Assembly (NCBI GenBank): GCA_046331705.1
Contig: JAXLQJ010000028.1
Location: 1 to 64,000, forward strand
Length of the DNA stretch: 64,000 nucleotides
Direction: 5' to 3'
Source of the DNA: a bacterium
GTDB taxonomy: Bacteria; JADJOY01
In this document: positions 18,698-27,806 of the stretch, one piece after another
How positions within the stretch are numbered: position 1 is the stretch's first letter
Layout of the letters: every line of letters begins with the position of its first letter
The notes under the pieces: generated by a model
Seen by the model: the letters and a program-made list of their open reading frames with translations, nothing else
The model's database searches: none
What the model was told of the DNA's origin: nothing
Translations under genes and position numbers: made by a program

Positions 18698-20731
18698 CTA
18701 GCCCGGCGCGTCCAGGTCGTATTGGGTGAAGTGGCGCAGCACCGTGAGCGTCGGCGGCGGGCGTTCGGGGCCATACGCCCAGCGCCAGAAGGCATGGCCG
18801 AGCTTGCGATAACGCCACGCCGCGTCGACGTTGAGAACGCGCTCGCCGGCGGCGGGTAGCCTCAGCTCGAAGACGTCCTCGATCGTGCCGCCCGGCGCCA
18901 GCTCGCGGTCGACGGTGACGCTCGCCGCGTCCCAGATTCGATAGTGCTCGATGGGGCGGCCGTCCGGACCGAGCATCCTGCCCCCGAGCGTGTGGGTGCC
19001 CTCGAGCAGCTCGCCGTCGGGGCCCGTCCCGCCGCTCGCGAAGAGCGTGCTCCCGTCGCGGCCGGTCACGCGCACCTCGAGCCAGGTCTCCTGGATGTCG
19101 AGCGACGATGCAGGAAACGGATGCGTCATGCGGGTGCTCGCCGTCCGCACCGCGAGACGGGCGCGTTCACCGTCGATCGCCGTCAGCTCGGAATCGAGCG
19201 TCATGTAGAAGAAGCTGCCGAGCCGCTCGGGTCCGAGCCGGAAGTCCCGGCGCCCGCCCTTCGCGTAGAGATCCTCGAGAGCGCGCACGAAGAGCTCGCT
19301 TCGGCTCCAGCGCGCGTTGAGCTCGGCGAAGCGCGGCCACCCGAGGATCTCGAAGCTGGCGACGTTCGAGCCCGGGAAGAAATGATTACGCCCTCGTCCC
19401 TCGAGGCCGAGATCCGAGGAGCGCTCCATGTGGCAATCCACGCAGCTCGGCCCCGGCGCGATCGTGCGCAGCGCCCCGTGGTGGCAAGACAGGCAGAAGC
19501 CGTCCTCTCGAATCGCCGGCGGCGTGAACGCGCGGCCGTGCGCGCGGGGATTGAGGCTCAACAGGAACCGCTCCGCGGACGCGATCGGCCCGCCGCGCGC
19601 CTCGGCGTCGCGAAACGGCGCGAGCAACGCTCGGTCGAGCGTCACCGTGTAGCGCGAGCGCTGCGAGTCGAGCACCTGGGCGTCCGTCACCGAGTGACAG
19701 AACACACACGGCAACGCGTCGCGCTCGCCGGCGCGGCCGCGGGGCGCGCCCTCGGCGAGCAACGCCGCCGGCAGATGACAGCCCGCGCAGACTCCCTCGT
19801 TCGCCGCACCGAGCTCGCTGTCGACGAGATCGAGAACGCGTTGCATGTGACCCGGTTGGTACGACACGCCGTGCAGCGAATGCCGCGCCTCGTCGAGCAC
19901 TCCGCCATGGCAGCCATCGCCGTCGCCGCAGCTGCGCGAGATGTCCATCCACGCGGCGCCCACGCCGCGCGCGGCGGGCGCCCGTTCGTCGCTCGCGCGG
20001 CGTTCGAACGGAGCGGTCGCGAGATGGAAGTCGACCGAGGGAAATCGCTGCCGATCGGTCGCGCGGCGCGCCGCGACGTCCACCGCGAGCCCCACACCCG
20101 CGAAGAGCGCCAAGCCGAGGGCGACCCGCCGCGACACCGCTCGCCAACCCAGCGCGCGGCGCGCTGGCGCCACCAGCACGATCCAACCGACCACGCTCGC
20201 GCCCACCCCGAGCACGGTGTGGAAATCGAAGATCATGCGCTCGGTCGGCCGGCCCCTCGCCGGCAAGATCAGCGCTCCCAGCGACGCCGTGAGCGTCCAC
20301 ACCACCAGCGTCCCCACCTGCTTGAGCACCGTGCGCGGCCTCCGCACGCCGCCGAGCAGCGGGATCGCGCGCAGCACCAGGAACACCACCAGCACGAAGA
20401 GCGGGATCAGGATCTGCCCCGCCACCCGGTTGCTGACCTCGATCGGCAGATGCTTGAGCGCGAACACGCGCAGCAGCGCGAGAAAGAACACCGCCACGAA
20501 CGCGAGCCCCGTGAACGGCCCGAGCCCCGGGACCTCCTGGCGAAGGCGTGCGAAGACGTTGCGCACCAACGTCACGGTGACGAAGGTCGCGAGGAGCGGA
20601 TGCAGGATGAGGTTCAGCCGAAACGCGGGCCCCCACGAGCGCGACACCAGGTTGAGGAAGCCCGAGAGCACCACCAGCACGAAGAGCAGCACGTGGCGCG
20701 CCGGGTCGGATCGCGGAGCGTCGGGAGGCAT
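18698..20731 (-). CDS. Membrane-anchored pentaheme c-type cytochrome (TM domain + c554-like heme domain + C-terminal beta domain)
   Basis: About 7 TM helices with LHP and FHT His residues; heme motifs CGDGDGCH, CAGCH, CVFCH, CLSCH, CVDCH; C-terminal THPFP...WLEVRV...SG...WRYRK. Confidence 0.8.
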   Translation of the reverse strand: MPPDAPRSDPARHVLLFVLVVLSGFLNLVSRSWGPAFRLNLILHPLLATFVTVTLVRNVFARLRQEVPGLGPFTGLAFVAVFFLALLRVFALKHLPIEVSNRVAGQILIPLFVLVVFLVLRAIPLLGGVRRPRTVLKQVGTLVVWTLTASLGALILPARGRPTERMIFDFHTVLGVGASVVGWIVLVAPARRALGWRAVSRRVALGLALFAGVGLAVDVAARRATDRQRFPSVDFHLATAPFERRASDERAPAARGVGAAWMDISRSCGDGDGCHGGVLDEARHSLHGVSYQPGHMQRVLDLVDSELGAANEGVCAGCHLPAALLAEGAPRGRAGERDALPCVFCHSVTDAQVLDSQRSRYTVTLDRALLAPFRDAEARGGPIASAERFLLSLNPRAHGRAFTPPAIREDGFCLSCHHGALRTIAPGPSCVDCHMERSSDLGLEGRGRNHFFPGSNVASFEILGWPRFAELNARWSRSELFVRALEDLYAKGGRRDFRLGPERLGSFFYMTLDSELTAIDGERARLAVRTASTRMTHPFPASSLDIQETWLEVRVTGRDGSTLFASGGTGPDGELLEGTHTLGGRMLGPDGRPIEHYRIWDAASVTVDRELAPGGTIEDVFELRLPAAGERVLNVDAAWRYRKLGHAFWRWAYGPERPPPTLTVLRHFTQYDLDAPG

Positions 20732-20752
20732 GGGCGTGCTCGGGGACCGGTG

Positions 20753-22213
20753 TCAGTCCACCCGCGCGGCTTCGCGCGGCGGATCGAAGCGATGACTGGG
20801 CAACGCGGGACCGGGCTTCTCCGCGATGCCGATGCGCGCCATGTGGCACGCGGTGCATCCCGTGGTGCCGCGGCAGGCGTCGATTCTCCGCTGCCCGGCG
20901 TGCTCGGGCCTCTGCAAGACTTGGCGCGCGAGATCCGCGGGAACGGTCGGCGGGAACTCGGTGAAGCGATGACAACCGAGACAGCGCGCATCGGCGGCGT
21001 CCGCGCTCGCCACCCCGAAGTCCTCGGCGTGCTCGCGCCACACGCCCACCATCATCATGAGCGAGAGCGGTGTGCGCAGATACCACCTCGGCAACGACAG
21101 CTCGAGGGCGCCGTCGCCGACCCCCTCGCCGTGGGCGCGCAGCCGGTGGCAGGCGAGGCAGGAGATCCCCTCGCGCAGGGCCTCGGGCGCGACCAATCCG
21201 CCACCGGGCGCGATCTCGCCGGAGAAGAGCGAGATCGGATCGTGGCACGCGCCGCACACGCGCGCGGCGCGAATCCCGAAGGTCCGCGCGGTTTGCTCGA
21301 GCGCGACCCGATACCCATCGCCGACGCTCGCGCGATGCGGCGAAGCGAGCCACTCCGAGTAGACGCTCGGGTGGCACGCGCGGTGCCCACACGCGTTCGA
21401 TCCACCGAGCGCCTCCGCGCGATAGGTGCCGCCGGTGGAGGTGCGCGCCAGGCTCGGCGCGAAGTCGGCGACGCGCGCGCGCACCCACGGTGCGCCATCC
21501 CCGTCCTCGAACCAGAGCTCGCGCGTCGACGATGCGTCGAGCGCCACCAGCATGCACCCGACCGTCGCGGCCACCACCAGCCCGCGCCAGCGAACGCCGC
21601 TCGCACTGGGCGCGGGCGCGGACGCCGGCGCGACGACAGCGGTCCGGCGCACAGCCCATACGACGTGCAGGACCACCAGCGGCGCTCCCAGCGCCAGCGC
21701 CACCCGGTGGACCGGAAGCGCCGGGCCACCCACGGTGAGGAGCGAGACGTAGGCCCCGACCCAGAACGCGAGCTTGACGGCGAGCCAGCCGACGCGCGCG
21801 ACCCAGCGCTCGGCGACGCCGAGCCCTGCGACGTCGCGCCGCACGTGCGTGAGCAGATACGGCAGCACGAGCGCCAGATACGGCCGGCCGCCGAGCTGAT
21901 GAAGAACGCGCAGGTTGAAGCTCGCCTGCGTGTAACGAGGCAAGAAAGCGACGACCGTGCCGCTCACCGCCATCGCGCTCGTGGTCGCCACCAGCAGGAA
22001 ACGCCCCAGCGCACGGGCCCGCGGTCGCTCGTTCGCCAGCAACCACCACGAGCCCCCGAACACTCCGAGGTGCAAGGGCGCATCGAGGATCGAGTACGAG
22101 CCGAGCGCGTAGAGCGCGACCAGGTAGAAGCCGTCGAGCGCGGTGAACGCGAAGAGCTGCCGGAAGATCGCCGCGCGCACCCGCGCCCCGCGGCCGGTCG
22201 CCGGCGTGCTCAT
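20753..22213 (-). CDS. Membrane-anchored pentaheme c-type cytochrome, short form lacking the C-terminal domain
   Basis: Start ATG 22213 overlaps the upstream stop; TM domain with H-x17-H and H-x13-H; CGHRACH, CGACH, CLACH, CLGCH, CTACH; ends soon after SHRF. Confidence 0.8.
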   Translation of the reverse strand: MSTPATGRGARVRAAIFRQLFAFTALDGFYLVALYALGSYSILDAPLHLGVFGGSWWLLANERPRARALGRFLLVATTSAMAVSGTVVAFLPRYTQASFNLRVLHQLGGRPYLALVLPYLLTHVRRDVAGLGVAERWVARVGWLAVKLAFWVGAYVSLLTVGGPALPVHRVALALGAPLVVLHVVWAVRRTAVVAPASAPAPSASGVRWRGLVVAATVGCMLVALDASSTRELWFEDGDGAPWVRARVADFAPSLARTSTGGTYRAEALGGSNACGHRACHPSVYSEWLASPHRASVGDGYRVALEQTARTFGIRAARVCGACHDPISLFSGEIAPGGGLVAPEALREGISCLACHRLRAHGEGVGDGALELSLPRWYLRTPLSLMMMVGVWREHAEDFGVASADAADARCLGCHRFTEFPPTVPADLARQVLQRPEHAGQRRIDACRGTTGCTACHMARIGIAEKPGPALPSHRFDPPREAARVD

Positions 22214-23682
22214 GTGCCGCTCGCGCGCCCGCCTGCTTCGTCCGGGCGCAGCTCGTAGATACCGCAGCGGCAGGTGTAGAAGACGCGATCGCCGGCGACC
22301 GAGAAGGCGCGAACGCCGACCGGCACGTCGGTGACGATGCGACCCGCGGCCGGCGCATCGAGCGGCAGCAGCGCGATGCTGGGCAGGACGGGGTTTCCCA
22401 CCAGGATTCGGTCGTGCGCCGCATCGACCACGACGTAACGCGAGCCGAACGGCACCCGATGGCTCTCGCGCTGCTCGAGGGTGGCGACGTCGACGCGCAG
22501 CACGCGCCCCGTGGGGCTCACCATCCATAGCGCGTCGCGCTTGGCGTCGTACGCCACGTCCGCGACCGCGGGAGCGTCGCGGCGCCGGATCACGCGCCCG
22601 TCGGGGTCGAGGATGGCGATCTCCCACCCCGCGGCCACGGCGATCCCGCTCGCGGTGGCCGCCAAGTGCGGCAGCCCGCCAGTCGGCATGGGTACCCGCG
22701 TGAGCACGCCGCCGTCGGGCTGGTGCACGGTGAGCACCGACTCTTCCTGCCCTCGCAACCCCGCGCCGAAGAAGCGGCCCGTGGTGGGCTCGCGCTCGAA
22801 CCAGGTCGGCGCGTAGTCGAGGCCGAACGATCCGATGCGCTCGAGCGGCTCGGTGCGAAACGCCTCGACCATTCCCGTCATCAGATCGATCGGCTCGTCG
22901 CCACGCATCGCGCCGGCGGCCCACACGGTGCCATCCGGGCCCACGACCATGCTGATCGGCACGTGTTGCCGTAGCGGCACGCTCTGGACCGCACCGCTCG
23001 CCAACTCGGCGCGCACGATCAGTCCCGGCGTATCGGTGCCGCCCAACCGCACCTCCGTCCACACGCAGGCATCGCCCCGCGAATCGCAGTGCAGGCTGTA
23101 GCGCGCCCCCGAGTCACGCGGAACCACCGCCTGGCCGCGGCCGCAAAACGCCGGAAACGGCCGATCGCGGATGCCCGGGTGGTAGGTCACCCAGGTGGTG
23201 ACGGCGATCGCCAGCAGCAGGTGGTTGAGCGCCAGCATCCGCAGCGCGATGCGCCGCGGCGCGAGCGCGGCGGTGAGACAGACGACGAGCGCCGGCGCGA
23301 GCGCCAGCCAGGCAGGCGCGAGCACGTGGGGGACCGCCATCAGGCTCGCCTGGGCGCCGCGCACCGCGTGCTGCTCCCAGCGCGTGCCCACGGCCTCCGC
23401 CGCGAGCAGCACCCAGGCGAGCGTCGCGACGACCACACCGAGGGTGGCTCGAGCCGCGCTGCCGCGAATCGCGTCGACCCGGCGATCGATCCCAGCGAGG
23501 AGCCGCGCAATCCCCAGCACGACTCGGAGCAGCACTCCGAGCAGCGCCGCCGAGCACGCCGCGTGGACCCACAGCACGCCGATCCAACGCAAGCCCACGC
23601 CTGAGCCGAGCGAGATCGCCGCGCAGAGCACGATCGCCGCCGTCACCGAGCAGGCGAACGCCGTGCGCGGGCGCGCGGTCAC
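22210..23682 (-). CDS. Membrane-anchored beta-propeller protein, paralog 4
   Basis: About 5 TM helices, then blades (DVAYDAKRDALWMV, VVDAAHDRILVG); ends YTCRCGIYEL. Start at GTG 23682 is an estimate. Confidence 0.6.
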   Translation of the reverse strand: MTARPRTAFACSVTAAIVLCAAISLGSGVGLRWIGVLWVHAACSAALLGVLLRVVLGIARLLAGIDRRVDAIRGSAARATLGVVVATLAWVLLAAEAVGTRWEQHAVRGAQASLMAVPHVLAPAWLALAPALVVCLTAALAPRRIALRMLALNHLLLAIAVTTWVTYHPGIRDRPFPAFCGRGQAVVPRDSGARYSLHCDSRGDACVWTEVRLGGTDTPGLIVRAELASGAVQSVPLRQHVPISMVVGPDGTVWAAGAMRGDEPIDLMTGMVEAFRTEPLERIGSFGLDYAPTWFEREPTTGRFFGAGLRGQEESVLTVHQPDGGVLTRVPMPTGGLPHLAATASGIAVAAGWEIAILDPDGRVIRRRDAPAVADVAYDAKRDALWMVSPTGRVLRVDVATLEQRESHRVPFGSRYVVVDAAHDRILVGNPVLPSIALLPLDAPAAGRIVTDVPVGVRAFSVAGDRVFYTCRCGIYELRPDEAGGRASGT

Positions 23683-24040
23683 AAATGCGTTCAGCGCGCG
23701 GTACGCAGCGCGCGCTCGCGCGGCGCGAAGCCGGGGCGGCGCGGAGGGAAGCCGAGCGGGCTCGGGATGAGACGACACGTGTCGCGGTGCGAAGCGAAGT
23801 CCGGCAGCGGCGATCGCGGGGAGGGTGGCACGCCGGCGCGCGCCCGCTTGGCATCGCACCGGACGAAGCCCACGACAAGCCCCTGGACGCCGCGCGCTGG
23901 GATCGAGCACGGGCGCCGACGCGCCACCACCACCCGATCCCCGCCGAACGCGAGGCGCCGCGCGCGAGCGCTTCTTGCGCCGCGGGCCTGCGTTCGGCAA
24001 CGCTAGACCCTCCCCGCCGTCGCTCGCCGGACACACGCCC

Positions 24041-26128
24041 GTGACTGATTCGGATCGGACCACGCCCGACGTGGCTGCGGCTGCTCGGGTGGCGGCACTG
24101 GGCGCGCTCACCGCGGCCATCGCCTACGCCGCGCATCGCATCCAGAGCTCCCAATTCCCCCTCGACATGCTCACGGTCGAGATGATCGTGCTGCCGGTCT
24201 TCGGCCTGGCACTCGGCCTGGTGCGCGGCGAGCGCTGGTTCCCTGCGGCCCGCGAGACGCGCCGCGCGCTCGCGATCGCCATCGTCTTCCTGGGAGCCAT
24301 GGCGATGAACCGGGGCATCTCGCTCCACTACTTCGTGAGCGAGGCGTACTACCCGTATCCCAAGCCGGCCTACGCGCCGTGGAGGCTCGCGGCGTTCGTG
24401 GTCTCGTGGATCGCCGAGGGCGGGGTCTTCGCCTGGCTCGGACACCGCTGGCGGAACGAGGTCGCGCGGCCCGCGGCGCTCGGCCTCGGCATGCTCGGTG
24501 CGGCTGCGGGGCTGGTGGTGGCCGCGCGAGCCATCTTCGCGTTCGGCGCCCAGCCCGTGCTGGTGGGCGCGGTCGCGCTGGCGATGCTGCTCGGGCTCGG
24601 CACCTGGCTCGCGGGGCTCGTCCCACTCGCCGGTGCAGCGCTGCTGGTGCTCAGCGCGCGCACCCCGTACTCGTTCCTGACCTGGCGCGCGTTGCCGCAG
24701 GACTACACGCTCCTCGAGCAGCAGTGGACGCCCTACTACTTCCTCAACTTCATCTCGCTCCAGGACGACCGCTGTCTGGGCGGCATCTACAGCTACCTGA
24801 TGCTGTGGCAGGTGTGCGACGAGCCCTCGCTGCTGCAGCGCGAGTTCCGCTATTTCCACGGCACCGTCGGCGAAGGCAAACGTTCGATGCTCGGCATCGG
24901 GCGCGTCGACGGCACCACGGCGCTCACGCTCGCGCCGCCGGAGAAGCCGCTCGAGCGCGTGACCTTGGTCGAGGTCGACCCCGTCGTCGCCGAGCGGATG
25001 AACGGCGTGCTGGCGCGCTACAACGGCGATCTCGCCCACCAGCCCCAGCACCGCATCGTCTCCGCCGATTGGCGCAGCTTCCTGGAGCACGACGACCAGC
25101 GCTACGACGTGCTCGCACTCGACGGGTTGGGGATCGCGCTCTACACGATCCCGCTCACCAACTTTCCCCACGAGGGCTGGCTCTTCACCCGCGAGGCGTT
25201 TCGGACGATCTTCGACCGGCGGCTCGAAGACGACGGCGTGATGATCATCAACTGGGGCAGCACCCGTGAGCACGAGGTCTACCCGCTGGTGGCGAACCTG
25301 CCCGACGACGTCGCCAAGGCCGCCTTCTGGATCACGTTCTCCGAGTATCCGTTCTCGGGATTGCCGCTCCTTCTCATCGCTGCGTCGCGCGATCACGCCA
25401 GGATCGACGCGCTGCGCGCGGCCCTCGACGGCGTCCCGCCCTTCAAGGAAGTGCCGATCCCCGCCGACCTCGCCGCGTATCGGTTCACCGACGACTCGCC
25501 GCTGGTGCAGCGCGCCGTGTATCGCGACGGGCTGTTCCTCGGCTATCCGCTGGCTATCGCGGTCGCCGTGGCCGCGCTGACGTTGGCGCGGCGCTCGCGA
25601 CGCAAGGGCCTCGTGAGCGGGCTCGCTTCCGGCGGGATCGCGCTCGCCGGCGCGCTCGCCACCCTCGGCCTCGCGTGGATCGTCTCGCGGCACGCGCGCA
25701 TCGCCGTGCCCTCGGGCGCTGCCCTGGGCGCGCTGCTCCTCGCGGGCGCGTGGCTCGTCGGTGCCGGCGGCGCCGCCATCCTGGCGCGGACGCGCTGGAT
25801 CCGGACCGCGGTGCTGACCAGCGCGCTCGCCGCGACGGCGGCGGTGCTCGCGCTGCGCGCGGAAGCGGAGCCGCGGGCAATCGCGATCGTGGCCAGCGCC
25901 GTGATCGTGGGCGCCGCCGCCGGTGCGCTCGCCACCGCGAGCGCACGCGCTGCCGCCGATCGCGTCCGCGCCATCGCGCTCTACCTGATGGCGGCGACGC
26001 TCGGGCTGGTGATCTACCAGCAGCTCTTGCTGCGCGTGGGGTTCGCGTCCACCGCGAGCGCCTGGTGCGCGCTCACGATCGGGCTGGCGTGCGCGCTGGC
26101 GCTGCGCCGTCCCGCCGCGAGCCGCTGA
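24041..26128 (+). CDS. Membrane protein with central spermidine-synthase-like class I SAM-fold domain
   Basis: TM helices on both sides of VTLVEVDPVV, ADWRSFL...RYDVLALD, LFTREAF...RLEDDGV, FTDDSP. Start at GTG 24041 is an estimate. Confidence 0.7.
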   Translation: MTDSDRTTPDVAAAARVAALGALTAAIAYAAHRIQSSQFPLDMLTVEMIVLPVFGLALGLVRGERWFPAARETRRALAIAIVFLGAMAMNRGISLHYFVSEAYYPYPKPAYAPWRLAAFVVSWIAEGGVFAWLGHRWRNEVARPAALGLGMLGAAAGLVVAARAIFAFGAQPVLVGAVALAMLLGLGTWLAGLVPLAGAALLVLSARTPYSFLTWRALPQDYTLLEQQWTPYYFLNFISLQDDRCLGGIYSYLMLWQVCDEPSLLQREFRYFHGTVGEGKRSMLGIGRVDGTTALTLAPPEKPLERVTLVEVDPVVAERMNGVLARYNGDLAHQPQHRIVSADWRSFLEHDDQRYDVLALDGLGIALYTIPLTNFPHEGWLFTREAFRTIFDRRLEDDGVMIINWGSTREHEVYPLVANLPDDVAKAAFWITFSEYPFSGLPLLLIAASRDHARIDALRAALDGVPPFKEVPIPADLAAYRFTDDSPLVQRAVYRDGLFLGYPLAIAVAVAALTLARRSRRKGLVSGLASGGIALAGALATLGLAWIVSRHARIAVPSGAALGALLLAGAWLVGAGGAAILARTRWIRTAVLTSALAATAAVLALRAEAEPRAIAIVASAVIVGAAAGALATASARAAADRVRAIALYLMAATLGLVIYQQLLLRVGFASTASAWCALTIGLACALALRRPAASR

Positions 26129-27806
26129 GCCAGCGGTCGGCGTCGATCTCGAGGATCCCGAGCGCCGAGCCCACCCAGATCCGCGCGCCGTCGGGCGAGA
26201 GCGCCAGCGAGCCCGGCTTCTTCCCGACGCCCAGCCGCGCGATCACCTTGCCGCTTCCGTAGTCGGTCGCTTCGAGCACGCCCGTTCCCCAACCGAGCCC
26301 GTAGACGATCCGGCGCGCGGGATCGAACGCCAGGTTGCGACAGCCGGCGCGCGGCCCCTCCAGGGTGCGGCGAACCTCCCAGGTGGCGGCGTCGATCTCG
26401 TGGATCACGTCGCCATAGCCCTCGGGCACCAGCACGATGCCGAGGTTCGCGTCGAGGAGCATGTCGGTCGAGCCCATCGGCAAGATCAGGCTGCGCACCA
26501 CCGCGAGCCGTTCGCGATCGATGTCCGCGAGCGCGTAGTGGTCGCGCGCGTCGACGGGACCGAGGAGCGCCACCAGGCGATCACGACGCGCGTCGTGGAG
26601 CAGCTTGAGCCCGCCACCGTGCAAGCGCGTGACGCCCGCTTGGTGCAGATCGAGCGAGCGGCCGAGCGTCCAGGTGGCGCGCTGCCACTCGGTGATCACC
26701 GCGCGCTCGTAGGCGAGGATGTAGAACCGCTCGTGAGCAGCGTCGACCCAGAACGAGATCGCGTCGCCCACCGGCCCCTTGCCGAAGAGGTCGGCGCTGG
26801 ACGCGCGACGAAACGGCGCGGACGCGAAGAAGTTCACCTCGGCGCGCGGCGCGTCCACGCCCACCAACATGCCGGTCGTGGGATCGAGCTCGGTGGAGCG
26901 CATGCCGCCCTCGATCGTGAGCAGCTCGGCCGCGGCACCCGCCGCCAGCGGCAGCCGCATCACCCCCGAGGCCCAGCCGGAGGTGGGGCCGTACGAGAGA
27001 AAGAGCGCCTGGCCGACGGGGTCGTGGACCAGCTGGCGAGGGAAGAGCCGCTCGTAGGCCGAGCGCTCGTCGCTCGACGGGTAGAGCCGCCGCACGAAAT
27101 CGAGCTTCGCCAGCGTCTCGGGAGCACCGCGATGACCGGGATAAACACCGAGGAAGAAGAGCGTGATGAGCAAGAGTGGCGCGAACCCGGCAAGTGAACG
27201 GGCGAAGCCGCGCGGCGCATCCACCAGCGGCAGCAGTACCAGCCACGCCGCCATGAGCGGCACCGGCCCGAGATTGGGGACGTGCGCCAGGCTGATGCTG
27301 AGCGCGACGAAGTAGCCCACGGAGACCGCAAGGATCGCGAATGGCGTCTTACGGCGGGTGCGCGGCCACACGACCAGCGCCACCAGCGCCAGCACGATCG
27401 CCGCCACCAAGCCGACGAATACCGGATCGATGCGTACCAGGAATTCGAGGAGCTTCGGCAGTCGCGTCCAATCGAGCGGTAGCCAGCGGAACGAGCGCTC
27501 CTTGGTGGGCTCCATCTCGAAGGCGAGGCCCGGGATCACCCACCACGCCATCGTCGCAGCACCCACCGTGAGCACGCTGCTCAGAACGCGGCGCGGCCAA
27601 CGCTGTGCGCGATGACCGAACATCCACACCAGCTCGAGCAGCAACAGCAGCGACGCGATCGCGATCATGCGCGCCAGGAGCTCGCGCTCCGCGAATCCAC
27701 CGTCGAGGCCGACCAGGAGCGTCTGGATGCCGACGTAGCCCAGGATCGTGAACGCGATCGCGTCGAGCACCACGATGCCGAAAAAACGCCACGGGTGCTG
27801 GTTCAT
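26073..27806 (-). CDS. Membrane-anchored beta-propeller protein, paralog 5
   Basis: About 7 TM helices, then blades (RNLAFDPARRIVY, VGKKPGSLALSPDGARIWVGS); ATG 27806 overlaps the upstream stop. Confidence 0.68.
   Translation of the reverse strand: MNQHPWRFFGIVVLDAIAFTILGYVGIQTLLVGLDGGFAERELLARMIAIASLLLLLELVWMFGHRAQRWPRRVLSSVLTVGAATMAWWVIPGLAFEMEPTKERSFRWLPLDWTRLPKLLEFLVRIDPVFVGLVAAIVLALVALVVWPRTRRKTPFAILAVSVGYFVALSISLAHVPNLGPVPLMAAWLVLLPLVDAPRGFARSLAGFAPLLLITLFFLGVYPGHRGAPETLAKLDFVRRLYPSSDERSAYERLFPRQLVHDPVGQALFLSYGPTSGWASGVMRLPLAAGAAAELLTIEGGMRSTELDPTTGMLVGVDAPRAEVNFFASAPFRRASSADLFGKGPVGDAISFWVDAAHERFYILAYERAVITEWQRATWTLGRSLDLHQAGVTRLHGGGLKLLHDARRDRLVALLGPVDARDHYALADIDRERLAVVRSLILPMGSTDMLLDANLGIVLVPEGYGDVIHEIDAATWEVRRTLEGPRAGCRNLAFDPARRIVYGLGWGTGVLEATDYGSGKVIARLGVGKKPGSLALSPDGARIWVGSALGILEIDADRWLSGSRRDGAAPARTPARS

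Noticed and set aside
20732-20755. Selenocysteine or stop-codon readthrough fusing two cytochromes
   Set aside because: An in-frame arrangement has a one-in-three chance. The downstream gene has its own N-terminal membrane domain, the TGA is not at a Cys-equivalent position, and no SECIS-like hairpin was evident.
23826-23842. Sigma54 promoter (TGGCACG) in the divergent intergenic region
   Set aside because: The -12 TTGC element is missing at the required spacing.
26073-26128. Convergent 3' gene overlaps (also 47172-47187 and 62920-62988)
   Set aside because: Short tail overlaps are common in GC-rich genomes where stop codons are scarce; no evidence of function.
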